DNA of 64,000 bases, from contig NC_086108.1 of NCBI RefSeq assembly GCF_963921235.1, forward strand, positions 101,806,001-101,870,000, read 5' to 3'. A model generated the notes under the pieces. That model was given only the letters and a program-made list of their open reading frames with translations. It did no database searches and was not told the DNA's origin. This document shows positions 51,105 through 64,000 of this stretch, piece by piece. A program made the translations under genes and the position numbers. This DNA comes from Mobula hypostoma. Its lineage: Eukaryota. Numbering within the stretch: position 1 is the first letter of the stretch; the number at the start of each line of letters is the position of its first letter.

Positions 51105-52125
51105 TATCACAAGCACATGTCGTGAAATTCATTCACTTTACAGCAGCAGTAGAATGAAATACATAACAAATAAATATAGTGAAAAATACTGAATTACAGT
51201 AAGAATATATATGTCCATTAAATAGTTATGTTAAAAATAAGTACTGCAAAAAAAACAGAAATAAAAAAGTAGTAAGGTAGTTTTCATGGGTTCAATGTGT
51301 GCTTAGAAATTGGATGGCAGAGGGGAAGAAGCTGTGACTAAATCACTGAGTGTGTGCCTTCAGGCTTCTATACCTCCTTCCTGATGATAAGTAGCAATGA
51401 AAGGTGGGCATGAGCTGGGTAGTGAGGGTCCTTAATGATGGATGCCACCTTCCTAAGGCACCGCTGCTTGAAGATGTCTTGGATACTACAGAGGCTAATA
51501 CCCATGATGAAGCTGACTAATTTTACAAGTTTCTGCAACTTACTTTGATCTTGTGCAGTAGCACCCCCCCAACCCCCATACCAGACTCTGATGCAGCCAG
51601 TCAGAATGCTCTCCTTGGTACATTTGTAGAAGATTTCGAGTGTTTTAGATGACAAACCAGATCTCCTTAAACTTCAAGTGTAATATAGCTGTTGTCTTGC
51701 CTTATTTATAGCTGCATCGACGTGTTGGGACCAAGTTATTGGCACCCAGGAACTTGAAATTGCACATTCACTCCATTTCTAATCCCTCTATGAGGATAGG
51801 TTTTTGCTTCCTCGTCTCGCCATTTCTGAAGTCCATAATCAGCTCTTTGGTGCTGCTGACGTTGAGTGTAAGGTTGTTGCTGTGACACCACCCAACTAAC
51901 TGGTATATCTTGCTCCTGTAGGCCCTATAGGTCCACAGCAGCTGCCATCTCATTGGCTTTTTATTCATTCCTAGAACATCTGGACAGGTAAGGTGCATAC
52001 GTCAGGATGCTCTTTATTTACTACAGCTCAGCATTCAATACAATCATCCCCTCAAAACTAATCTATAGGCTTCAAGACCTTGGCTTCAATATCTCCTTGT
52101 GTAATTGGTTCCTGGAATTTTTGCT
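51105..52125 (-). mobile_element. Rex1/Babar fragment
   Basis: ORFs 51368-51655 (ESILTGCIRVWYG) and 51768-51998 (WCHSNNLTLNVS.TKEL). Confidence 0.85.
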
Positions 52126-52164
52126 TTTGACCTGGTAAGCCTGAGATCATTATCACACAAATGG

Positions 52165-52718
52165 TTCCTGCATCACTGTCTGGTATGGGGGCGAGGGGGT
52201 GGGGGTGCTACTGCTCAGGACTGAAAGAAGCTGCAGAAGGTTTTAGATCTAGTTAGTTCCATCTTGGGTACTAGCCTACAAAATACCCAGGACATCTTCA
52301 GGAAACCGTCTCTCAGAAAGGCAGCCTCCATTGTTAAGGACCTCCAAAACCTCCAACACTCAGGGCATGCCGTTTTCTCACTGTAACCATCAGATAGGAA
52401 GTGCAGAAGCCTGAACGCACACACTCAGTGATTCAGGAACAGCTTCTTCCCCTCTGCCATCTGATTCCTAAATGGGCATTGAATCCTTGGATACCACCTC
52501 ACTTTTTTTTAATATGCAGTATTTCTGTATTTTGTATGTTTTTAAAAATCTATTCGATATATGTATACTGTAATTGATTTACTTGTTTATTTATTATTAG
52601 TATTATTTTTATTTTTTTTCTCCTCTAGATTATGTATTGCGCTGAACTGCTGCTGCTAAGTTAATAAATTTCACGTCACGTGCCGGTGATAATAAACCTG
52701 ATTCTGATTCCGATTCTG
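52165..52718 (+). mobile_element. Rex1/Babar 3' fragment
   Basis: Similar to 49390-49885; AATAAACCT(GATTCT)n tail. Confidence 0.85.
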
Positions 52719-53390
52719 AGTCAGTGGTGAGGAAGGCAAATGGGATGTTAGCATTCATTTCCAGAGGACTAGAATATAAAAGCAAGGATGTAATGTTGAG
52801 GCTCTATACAGCACTAATGAGGCCTAATTGGAGAATTGTGAGGAAATTTGGGTACGTTTATGAAAAAAGAATATGCTGACATTGGAAACGGTTTAAAGGC
52901 AGTTCACAAAAATGATTCCAGGATTGAATGGCTTGTGATATAAAGAGTGTTTGATGGCCATAGGCCTGTATTCACTGGAATTCATAAGAATGAGGGGTGA
53001 ACTAATTGAAACCTATCAAATGTTGAAAGGCCTCAATAGAGTGGATGTGCAGAGAATGTTCCTTGTGACAGGAGAGTCAGGGACTAGAAGAAGCAGCTTC
53101 AGAATAGAGGGGAAACCTTTTAAAATGCAGATGAGGAGGAATTTCTTTAGACGGATACTGGTTAATCTGTGGAATTCATTGCCGCAGGCGGCTGAGGAAG
53201 CCAAGTCATTGGGTATAGTTAAGGCAGAGGTTGATAGGTTCTTAATTAGTCAGAGCATGAAGGGATATGAGGAGAAGGCAGGAGATTGGGGCTGAGAGGG
53301 AAAACAGATCAGCAATGATGAAATAGTGGAGCAGACTCAAAGGGCCAAATGGCTTAATTCTGTTCCTACATTTTACGGTCTTATGATATT
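52719..53390 (+). mobile_element. CR1 3' fragment
   Basis: ORF 52951-53295. Confidence 0.85.
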
Positions 53391-54409
53391 GTGTACAATG
53401 GCAGTTTTGCAGAAGTAATCTCACCACGTCGGCCCAGTGTCTGAGTAACCTGGTCTGACTGGTCTGAACCAGAATTGAAGGGAATAAAAGAAGTCACCCA
53501 GGGCATGACGTTGTGTTGCTCTTGGACTACACCCAAGGGGAAGGTGTTGTAGGTTCACAGATGAATCATAGCCAATAACACTGAAATGCAATATTCATCT
53601 GATAATGAACAAATATAAAAAACAGAGGTTTCAATTTCAAAGAGCTATAACTTCAAACATTCGCCATCGTCAGTAAGAACCTCCATGCCAGAAGCTGGGA
53701 GAAAAAAAGACTGATAGTCTGGCCAAAGGAGATCCCCTATTTCAGTGTAATTAATTGGAAAAGTGGTCTGAGTGAGTACTAGTACAAAGGAAACAGTGAA
53801 ATTCATTTTTAAGTTGTTCGCCAAGGGTCAACACAGTCACATTGTTGTTTGTGCAGAGAGAATAAAATGCGACTTTTGATACCTTAAGAATTTTGTAGGG
53901 AATTTCCTAACCGAGTTCCGTTGATGAATGGTGAACAATAGGATTAAGAGGAAAAGGAAACCAGATTGCAACCAACATATAGAGGTAATGGAGTGAAAAA
54001 GTGTGGCTAAACAAGATAGGTGTTGGGAGGAGGATGCTGGGTCCACAGAATCCCTATAACTCATTAAAAATAGCATATTTATTAAAGGAAAATCTCATTG
54101 TGTGTTGAATATTATTGCAATACATAACGCATTCTGCATACTTGTTACTGTTATACTTCTGAGAAAAGGGAGCTGGGGGCCATGGGAAGACTGGCCAAGC
54201 TGTCCTCAGACTAGTGGAAGATTCCAGTCCATAGGACTAGCTGGGTTAGACGTTCACCTGAGCTCTCAGATTAGTGATAAAATGGCAAGAATGGACCCTA
54301 CTGGCTGTATGGTCCATCGTGGAATGCCTTAGGGAATTTAGCTTCAGATTTTTACAGCAGTGCTTACTCCCGAAGCCTTTCCCATGTGTGGGTATAACAG
54401 CTGGAGAAG

Positions 54410-54856
54410 GATGTTGTCTGGATTGGGGAGCATGCCTTATGAGAATAGGTTGAACTTGGCCTTTTCTCCTTGGAGCGATGGAGGATGAGAAGTGACCTGA
54501 TAGAGGTGTATAAGATGATGTGCATTGATTGTGTGGATAGTCAGAGGCTTCTTCCCATCTCCTGAAATGTCTAGCATGACAGAACACACTTTTAAGGTGC
54601 TTGGAAGTAGGTACAGAGGTGAAGTCGGGGTAAGTTCTTTACGCAGAGAGAGGTGAGTGCATGGAATGGGCTACCGGCGACGATAGTGGAGGTGGATTCA
54701 ACAAGGTCTTTTAAGAGACTCCTGGATAGGTACGTGGAGCTTAGAAAACTAAACAGCTATGGGTAACCCAAGGTAATTTCTAAAGTAAGTATATGTTCGG
54801 CACAGCATTGTGGGCTGAAGGGTTTGTACTGTGCTGTAGGTTTTCTATGTTTTCTA
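54410..54856 (+). mobile_element. CR1 3' fragment
   Basis: Similar to 32530-32985; TTTCTATG tail. Confidence 0.85.
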
Positions 54857-56074
54857 AGGTGAAGTGTAGGTAGACAATAAACTGTTAGATCATAACGAGG
54901 TAGATTTTGAGGTCAAGAATCCACTTTACTGATCTATGTTTGAGACTTGGTCATCATCAGCAAAGCTAACATTTATTCTTCACCCCTAATTGCACTTAAG
55001 AAGGTAGTTAAGATTTTTTTTCAAGATTGGCTTCATTTGTAACAAATGTATCAAAGTATACACTGAAATGCGATGTTTGCATCTAAGGATTTGTTGAAGG
55101 CAGCCCGTAAGTGCTACCATGCATCTGATGTCAACATAGCATGCCCACAACTGACTAATCTTAACCTGTACATCTTTGGAACATGGGCAGAAACTGGAGC
55201 TCCCGTGCTGTAAATCACAGTCAACGTCAGGAATTGAATCCCAATCACTGATTCTGTAAAGCGATGTTAACACTACCCTGCTACCTTCTTGAACTGCTAA
55301 TAAACATGCTCCCATGGCACTATTGGGTAGTTAGTGCAGGATTTAGACCCGATAATGATATAGAATTGTTAAGCCAGGTTGTTGTGTGGTTTGAAAGGGA
55401 ACCTGTAGGAGCCAGAGTTACCTTTGTCTTAATTGATGATAGAGGTTGTAGGTGTGACTCTTTAATGAATGATTAAAGAGCTAAGATGCACTTTTCTAGA
55501 TCACAAGTTTGAGGGAGACAGTTCTCGGAAGATCATTGTATAAAGCTTCAAACTCTGGATGTCCCAATTGCGCAAAAGTGGACTTTGCATGAATCAAGTC
55601 ATTTTCCGTTGCAGTTTTGATGCTTTTGGAAGGTAACATAGATCCCTACCAAAATCACCCACTGTAAAACCATGCCTGGGACTTTTTCTCCCAGATGAGG
55701 ACATTATTGCATTTCACTCTGGGTGGCATTGAAACTGGATCAAATTAGGTTGAGTCAAGTTATAGTCATGTGCACCATGAAATGAGAACATTTTCACCTT
55801 TGAGAATCTCATTATCATACACCCTGATTGCTAAATTGCTATTCTCAATCTAGTTATCTGCTGTTAATTTGAAGTACAGTTACTTTTAAATTTTCTGAAG
55901 TAAATTGGTAAATTGGTTTATTATTATCAAATGTACTGAGGTAGAGTGAAAGAATTTTGTTTTGCATGGCATCTCAACAGATCATTTTATTACCACAATG
56001 CTTTGAAGTCGCACTAGTGAAAAATTAGCAGAGTGCAGAATACAGTGCGACAGTTATAGTAAAGTACAGAGAAA

Positions 56075-56335
56075 GAGTGGCTCAGCAGGGTAGCGGCCAG
56101 CATAATGCTTTACCGCGCCAGCAATAAGGGGCTTCTACGTTCCCCAGAGATTGTGTGCGTTTCCTCCAAGTGCTCCAATTTCCTCCCACATTCCAAGTAT
56201 GGGTTTGGGTAGTAAGATCTGTCATGCTAGCTTGATCCTTAGTACATCCTCGGATTGTGTTGGTTGGTGATGCAAATGTTGCATTTCACTGAATGTTTTG
56301 ATGTACTTGTGACAAATAAAGTTAATCTTTAAATT
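56075..56335 (+). mobile_element. Degenerate SINE
   Basis: GCGTTTCCTCCAAGTGCTCCAATTTCCTCCCACATTCCAA (V-SINE-like); ends GTGACAAATAAAG. Confidence 0.55.
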
Positions 56336-57657
56336 CTGTTATGCATGTTGGTATAGGACATGCATATAATATAAATTATACCCAAATTATACCAGACAGT
56401 GAAAAAAGTAATAGTTGCCCAGGAAAGTTCAAGAACCTGATGGTTATAGTGTCAGAGTGATGGAGAAGTACAGCACAGAAGCAGGCTATTCGGTCCATCT
56501 AGTCCATGCTGAAAATGTTTAAACTGCCTACTCCCATTGACCTGCCCAGGGACTAGAGCCCCCCATATCCCTACCATCCATGTATCTATCCAAACTTCTC
56601 TCATATGTTGAAAATGATCTAGCATGTACCACCTGTACTGGTAGTTCATTCTACACTCTCTCGACCCTTTTAATGAAGAGGTTTTCCCTTATGTTCCACT
56701 TTAACTTTTCACATTTCACCTTTAACCCATGATCCCTGGTTGAAGTCCCACCCAACCTCAATGGAAAAAGCCCACATGCACTTACCCTATCTAAAGCCCG
56801 TATAATTTTGTACACCTCTATCAAATCTCTTCTCAATCTTCTACATTCTAAGGAATACAGTCCTAACCTATTCAATCTTTCCTTATTACTCAGGTCATCC
56901 AGACCTGCCAACGTCCTTGCAATTTTTCTCTGTACTATTTCAAACTTCTTTATAATTTTCCTGCAGGTAGGTGACCAAAACTGCAAACAATACTCCAAAT
57001 TAGGCCTCACAAATGTCTTATAAAACTTCAGTATAACATCCCATCTCCTGTACTCAATATTTTGATTTATAAAGGCCAATGTGCCAAAAGCTTTCCTTAT
57101 GACCCTATCTACCTCTGACGCCATTTTCAACAAATTATGGACCAGTATTCCCAGATCCCTTTGTTTTACTACATTCCTCAGTGCCCTACCGTTCACAGTG
57201 TAAGATCTATCCTGGTTTGTCCTATCATTAAAGCCTGCATTAAATTCCATCTGCCATTTTTTCCAGCTGGTCCACATCCCGCTGCAAATCATGATAGCCT
57301 TCCTCACTGTCCACTACACCACCAATCTTGGTGTCATCTGCGAATTTGCTGATCTAGTTAAGCACATTATCATCCAGATCACTTATATAGATGACAAACA
57401 ACACAGGACGCAGCACTGATCCCTGTGACACACCAGTAGACATAGGCCTCCAATCAGAGAATCAACTATCTACTACCACTCTCTGGCTTCTCCCACAAAG
57501 CCAGTGTCTAATCCAATTTACTGCCTCACCTTGAATGCCAAGTGACTGTCCCGTTTTGACCAACCTCCCTCGTGGGATGTAGAAACATAGAAACATAGAA
57601 AACAGGTGCAGGAGTAGGCCATTCAGCCCTTCGAGCCTGCACCGCCATTTATTATGA

Positions 57658-60600
57658 TCATGGCTGATCATCCAACTCAGAACCCTGCAACAGCCCTCCC
57701 TCCATACCCCCGATCCCTTTAGCCACAAGGGCCATATCTAACTCCCTCTTAAATATAGCCAATGAACTGGCCTCAACTGTTTCCTGTAGTAGAGAATTCC
57801 ACAGATTCACCACTCTCTGTGTGAAGAAGTTTTTCCTAATCTCAGTCCTAAAAGGCTTCCCCCTTATCCTCAAACTGTGACCCCTCGTTCTGGACTTCCC
57901 CAACATCGGGAACAATCTTCCTGCATCTAGCCTGTCCAATCCCTTTAGGATTTTATACGTTTCAATCAGATCCCCCCTCAATCTTCTAAATTCCAATGAG
58001 TACAAGCCTAGTTCATCCAGTCTTTCTTCATATGAAAGTCCTGCCATCCCAGGAATCAATCTGGTGAACCTTCTTTGTACTCCCTCTATGGCAAGGATGT
58101 CTTTCCTCAGATTAGGGGACCAAAACTGCACACAATACTCCAGGTGTGGTCTCACCAAGGCCTTGTACAACTGCAGTAGTACCTCCCTGCTCCTGTACTC
58201 GAATCCTCTTGCTATGAATGCCAGCATACCATTCGCCTTTTTCACCGCCTGCTGTGCCTGCATGCCCACTTTCAATGACTGGTGTATAATGACACCCAGG
58301 TCTCATTGCACCTCCCCTTTTCCTAATCAGCCACCATTCAGATAATAATCTGTTTTCCTATTTTTGCCCCCAAAGTGGATGACTTCACATTTATCCACAT
58401 TAAATTGCATCTGCCATGAATTTGCCCACTCACCCAACCTATCCAAGTCACCCTGCATCCTCTTAGCATCCTCCTCATAGCTAACACTGCCGCCCAGCTT
58501 CGTGTCATCCGCAAACTTGGAGATGCTGCATTTAATTCCCTCATCCAAGTCATTAATATATATTGTAAACAACTGGGGTCCCAGCACTGAGCCTTGCGGT
58601 ACCCCACTAGTCACCGCCTGCCATTCTGAAAAGGTCCCGTTTATTCCCACTCTTTGCTTCCTGTCTGCTAACCAATTCTCTATCCACATCAATACCTTAC
58701 CCCCAATACCGTGTGCTTTAAGTTTGCACACTAATCTCCTGTATGGGACCTTGTCAAAAGCCTTTTGAAAATCCAAATATACCACATCCACTGGTTCTCT
58801 CCTATCCACTCTACTGGTTACATCCTCAAAAAATTCTATGAGATTCCTCAGACATGATTTTCCTTTCACAAATCCATGCTGACTTTGTCCGATGATTTCA
58901 CCGCTTTCCAAATGTGCTGTTATCACATCTTTGATAACTGACTCCAACAGTTTCCCCACCACCGACGTTAGGCTAACCGGTCTATAATTCCTGGTTTCTC
59001 TCTCCCTCCTTTTTTAAAAAGTGGGGTTACATTAGCCACCCTCCAATCCTCAGGAACTAGTCCAGAATCTAACGAGTTTTGAAAAATTATCACTAATGCA
59101 TCCACTATTTCTTGGGCTACTTTCTTAAGCACTCTGGGATGCAGATCATCTGGCCCTGGGGATTTATCTGTCTTTAATCCCTTCAATTTACCTAACACCA
59201 CTTCCCTACTAACATGTATTTCGCTCAGTTCCTCCATCTCACTGGACCCTCTGTCCCCTACTATTTCTGGAAGATTATTTATGTCCTCCTTAGTGAAGAC
59301 AGAACCAAAGTAATTATTCAATTGGTCTGCCATGTCCTAGCTCCCCATAATCAATTCATCTGTTTCTGTCTGCAGGGGACCTACATTTGTCTTTACCAGT
59401 CTTTTCCTTTTTACATATCTATAAAAGCTTTTACAGTCCGTTTTTACGTTCCCTGCCAGTTTTCTCTCATAATCTTTTTTCCCCTTCCTAATTAAGCCCT
59501 TTGTCCTCCTCTGCTGAACTCTGAATTTCTCCCAGTCCTCAGGTGAGCCACTTTCTCTGGCTAATTTGTATGCTACTTCTTTGGAATTGATACTATCCCT
59601 AATTTCTCTTGTCAGCCATGGGTGCTCTACCTTCTTTGATTTATTCTTTTGTCAAACTGGGATGAACAATTGTTGTAGTTCATCCATGCAATCTTTAAAT
59701 GCTTGGCATTGCATATCCACCGTCAATCCTTTAAGTGTCATTTGCCAGTCTATCTTAGCTAATTCACGTCTCATACCTTCAAAGTTACCCTTCTTTAAGT
59801 TCAGAACCTTTGTTTCTGAATTAACTATGTCACTCTCCATCTTAATGAAGAATTCCACCATATTATGGTCACTCCTATCCAAGGGGCCTCTCACGACAAG
59901 ATTGCTAATTAACCCTTCCTCATTGCTCAAAACCCAGTCCAGAATAGCCTGCTCGCTAGTTGTTTCCTCGACATGTTGGTTCAAAAAACCATCCTGCATA
60001 CATTCCAAGAAATCCTCTTCCTCAGCACCTTTACCAATTTGGTTCACCCAATCTACATGTAGATTGAAGTCACCCATTATAACTGCTGTTCCTTTATTGC
60101 ACACATTTCTAATTTCCTGTTTAATACCATCTCCGACCTCACTACTACTGTTAGATGGCCTGTACACAACTCCCACCAGCGTTTTCTGCCCCTTAGTGTT
60201 ATGCAGCTCTGCCCATATCGATTCCACATCCTCCCGGCTTATGTCCTTCCTTTCTATTGCGTTAATTTCATCTTTAACCAGCAACGCCACCCACCTCCTT
60301 TTCTTTCATGTCTATCCCTCCTGAATATTGAATATCCCTGAACGTTGAGCTCCCATTCTTGGTCACCCTGGAGCCATGTCCTTGTGATCCCAACTATATC
60401 ATAATCATTAATAACAATCTGCACTTTCAATTCATCCACCTTATTACGAATGCTCCTTGCATTGACACACAAAGCCTTCAGGCGCACTTTTACAACTCTC
60501 TTAGCCCTTATAGAATTATGTTGAAAAGTGGCCCTTTTTGATGCTTGCCCTGGATTTGTCGGCCTGCCACTTTTACTTTTCTCCTTACTACTTTTTGCTT

Positions 60601-60721
60601 CTACCCTCACTTTACACCCCTCTGTCTCTCTGCACTGGTTCCCATCCCCCTGTTGTGAACTAACCTCCTCTCGCCTAGCCTCTTTAATTTGATTCCCACC
60701 TCCCAACCATTCTAGTTTAAA
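57658..60721 (-). pseudogene. CR1 ORF2 APE-RT, a few frameshifts/stops
   Basis: ORFs 60254-60706, 59652-60290, 58968-59333, 58327-58962 and 57658-58275. Confidence 0.92.
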
Positions 60722-61749
60722 GTCACCTCAGTAGCCCTCGCTAATCTCCCTGCCAGGATATTGGTCCCCCTAGGATTCAAGTGTAACCCGTCCTTTTTGT
60801 ACAGGTCATGCCTGCGCCAAAAGAGGTCCCAATGATCCAAAAACTTGAATCCCTGCCTCCTGCTCCAATCCCTCAGCCACGCATTTATCCTCCACCTCAT
60901 CGCATTCCTACTCTCACTGTCGCGTGGCAGAGGCAGTAATCCCGAGATTACTACCTTTGCGGTCCTTTTCCTCAACTCCCTTCCTAGCTCCCTATATTTT
61001 CCTTTCAGGACCTCTTCCCTTTTCCTACCCATGTCATTGGTACCTATATGTACCACGACCTCTGGCTCCTCTCCCTCCCATCTCAGGATATCTTGAACAT
61101 GATCAGAAATATCCCAGACCCTGGCACCAGGGAGGCAAACTACTATCCGGGTCTCTGGACTGCGTCCACAGAATCGCCTATCTGACCCCCTTACTATCGA
61201 GTCCCCTATCACAACTGCCCTCCTCTTCCTTCCCCTACCCTTCTGAGTTACAGGGCCGGACTCTGTGCCGGAGGCACGGCCACTGTCGCTTCCCCCGGGT
61301 AAGCTGTCTCCCCCAACAGTACTCAAACAGGAGTACCTATTCTTAAGGGGCACAGCCACCGGGGTACTCCCTATTACCTGACTCTTCCCCTTCCCCCTCC
61401 TAACCGTGACCCACTTGTCTGCCTCCCGTGGCCCCGGTGTGACCACCTGCCTGTAACTCCTCTCTATCAACTCCTCACTCTCCTTGACCAGATGAAGGTC
61501 ATCGAGCTGCAGCTCCAGTTCCGTAACGCAGTCCCTTAGGAGCTGCATCTCGATGCACTTGGCACAGATGTAGACGTCCGGGAGGCTTGGAGACTCCAGG
61601 GCCTCCCACATCCGACACCGAGAACAACAAACTGCCCTCACACTCATACTGCCCCTCTCCTCAAATAACAACAGAAAATGAATACAAAACCTTCCTCGCC
61701 TTGCCCGTAGAGCCGAAGCCCTTAAGTCTTCACTCTGCTCCCGGCTCAC
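60712..61749 (-). CDS. CR1 ORF1p: zinc finger, leucine zipper, SGNH esterase (intact ORF)
   Basis: CSRC..CAKC, LELQLDDL, GDS, PGA, GTND and DGLH; start codon uncertain (likely MSVRAV). Confidence 0.9.
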   Translation of the reverse strand: MSREQSEDLRASALRARRGRFCIHFLLLFEERGSMSVRAVCCSRCRMWEALESPSLPDVYICAKCIEMQLLRDCVTELELQLDDLHLVKESEELIERSYRQVVTPGPREADKWVTVRRGKGKSQVIGSTPVAVPLKNRYSCLSTVGGDSLPGGSDSGRASGTESGPVTQKGRGRKRRAVVIGDSIVRGSDRRFCGRSPETRIVVCLPGARVWDISDHVQDILRWEGEEPEVVVHIGTNDMGRKREEVLKGKYRELGRELRKRTAKVVISGLLPLPRDSESRNAMRWRINAWLRDWSRRQGFKFLDHWDLFWRRHDLYKKDGLHLNPRGTNILAGRLARATEVTLN

Positions 61750-64000
61750 TCCGCCGCCTGCAAACTACGCTGCCCGCTGTATGAGGCTCTGTTCCTTTTA
61801 AATCTGCCATGCTGCACTGCCCGACGTCACATGCCTGCGCAGTCCCGCCTCTCTGAACGCTGTTGGGACCTTGTCAAGTGCCTAGCTGAACTCCATGCAG
61901 ACAACACCCACTACCTTGCCTTCATCCACTTTCCTGGTATTTCCTCAAAAAACTTTATGAGATTGGTTAGACATGACCTACCATGCACAAAGCCTTGCTG
62001 ATTCTCCGTAATCAGTCCACGTCTATCCAAATACTTATATATCTGGTATCTTAGAATACGTTCCAATAACTTTCCCACTGGCCTTTAACTTCCTGATTTA
62101 TGTTTAGAGTCTTGCTTAAACAGCAGGACAACATTGGCTATCCTCCAATCCTCTGATACCTCTCCTGTCACTAAGGGTGATTTAAGTATCTCTGGTAGGG
62201 CCTTGGCAATTTCTGCGCTTGCCTCCTGTAGGGTATGACGGAACACCTCGTCAAGCCCCAAGGATTTCTCCACCCTGATTTGCCTCGGGATAACAAACAC
62301 CTCCTCCTCTGTAATCTGTACAGGGCCCATGAAGTTGATGCTGCTTTGCCTCATTTCTGTAGACTCTGAGTCCATCCCCTGAGTAAATACAGATGGAAAA
62401 AACATTTAAGATCTGTCCCATATGTTTTGGCTCCACACATGGATTACCATTCTAATCTTCTAGAGGACCAGTTGTGTCCCTTGCAACCCTTGTGCTCTTA
62501 ACATTCCTGTAGAATCCCATAGGATTATCCTTTGTCTGGTCTGTTAGAGAAACTTCATGCCTTCTTTTGGCTCTCCTGATTTCTTTATTAAGTGTTCTCT
62601 TGCAGTTCATTTACTCTATAAGCACTTCATTTGTTCCTACCTGCCTATATTCATTATGCACCTCGTTTTCTCTCTTAACCAGGACCTCGATGTCTCTTGA
62701 AAACCAAGATTCCCTGCACTTGTATCTTTACCTTTAATTCTGAAACGCATATACAAACTTTGTACTCTCAAAAATTCCACATTTGAAGGCCTACCACTTA
62801 CCAAGTATACTATCTGTCCCAATCCACTTTTGCCAGATCATTTCCAATGCCATCACAATTGGCCTTTATCCATCTTAGAATCTCAACCTTCAGAGCAGAC
62901 CAATCTTTTTGCATATTTACTTTGAAATTAATGGCACTGTGGTCACTATATTCAAGTGTTCCCCTGTACAAACTTTTGTCACCTGTCCTGGCTCATTCAC
63001 TAATAGCAGATCCAGTATCACATGCTCTCTCATTCGGACTTCTGTGTGCTGATGAAGGAAAGTTTCCTGAACACATTTGACAAACTCTATTCCATCTAGT
63101 CTTTTTACAGTATGGCATTCCCAGTCAATATGTGGAAATTTAAAATCACCTACTGTAACAATCTTATGTTTCTTGCACCAGTCTGCAATCTCTTGCCAAT
63201 TTTGTTCCTCTAAATCCCCAGTGGATTGCCATGACATTTTTCTTGACTAGTAATGTTAATCTCAGAATATTGATCTGCCAGTCCTGTCCCTCTTGCAACC
63301 AAATGTTGCAATATCATAATCCATGCCCTGAGCTCATCAACCCTTTCTATGATACTTCTTGCATTAAAATATACATATTTCAAGGTACTAGTAGTATCAT
63401 GCTAAATCTCTTGATTCCTAACTTTGTCTGAGGTCTTGCCGACATCTGCCTCACAACCTCTCCATTAACTGTTCTGGCGCTCTGATTCCCATCCTCCTGA
63501 AACTCTAGATTAAACTGCACTGTGCAGCATTAGCAAAACTTCTCACTAGGATCTTAGTTCCCCTCCAGTTCAGTTGCAAATTGTCCCTTCTGAACAGGTC
63601 CCACCTTCCCTGGAAGAGAGCCTAATGATCCAACATTTTATGCCCTCCCTCCTACACCAACTCCTTCACCACTTGTTAAACTGTATAATCTTCTTATTTC
63701 TGGCCTCACTAGCATGTGCCATGAGTAGCTATCCAGAGATCACAATGCTGGAGATTCTGCTCTTTAAATTAGCACTTAGTTACCTGAACTCCCTCGCCCA
63801 CAGAATCTCCTTTCTGTTCCCCTAACAAACAAATCTCTTATCACCACAGCACCTCTTCTCACCCTTTCCCTTCTGAGCCACAAGGGTACTCTGCACTGCC
63901 ACCTTGACCCCTTTCTCCTTCCTGACTGTCACCCAGCTTCCTGTGTCCTGCACCTTGGGTGTAACTACTTCTCTATGCATCCTATCTATACAGAAGATAT

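Larger units (their letters stand above)
57578..61863 (-). mobile_element. Full-length young CR1 LINE (~4.3 kb)
   Basis: (CTATGTTT)n tail; ORF2 pieces; intact ORF1; 5'UTR; short TSD TGGGA (57573-57577, 61864-61868). Confidence 0.95.
56452..63990 (-). mobile_element. Old near-full-length CR1 hosting a younger CR1 (56452-57577, 61864-63990)
   Basis: ORFs 56651-57307, 62085-62405 and 62917-63237; ORF1 remnants from 63515 onward. Confidence 0.85.

Noticed and set aside
59566..60324. 252-aa plus-strand ORF and similar antisense ORFs (e.g. 20541-21239, 6424-6936)
   Set aside because: These are antisense shadows of LINE/Penelope coding sequence
1..64000. Prokaryotic RT-based systems (retron, DGR, defence island)
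   Set aside because: All RTs are eukaryotic non-LTR or Penelope types; there is no operon structure

Overview
This window is eukaryotic, transposon-saturated intronic or intergenic DNA. The repeat repertoire suggests a vertebrate, probably a cartilaginous fish (inference only). No host gene, rRNA, tRNA or CRISPR array can be supported. Content: many CR1-type LINEs, including near-complete copies at 636-3675, 5031-8851 and 57578-61863 (the last with an intact zinc-finger/leucine-zipper/SGNH-esterase ORF1). Also present are three Penelope-like elements with GIY-YIG endonuclease remnants and hammerhead-ribozyme motifs, one internally deleted L1-clade LINE, Rex1/Babar fragments, SINEs and several TG...CA solo-LTR-like elements. 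Most interesting observations: (1) three diverged CR1 copies keep T_TTA_AAC immediately before the ORF1 stop, with an AUG-less ORF2 in the -1 frame, suggesting programmed -1 ribosomal frameshifting; (2) a CR1>LTR>LTR>LTR nest containing a 37/43-bp minisatellite that explains the 586-aa and 524-aa ORFs; (3) an old local segmental duplication (~9.5-12.8 kb vs ~25.3-35.0 kb) plus a third, inverted piece. Boundaries were read by eye and are approximate unless a TSD is cited.
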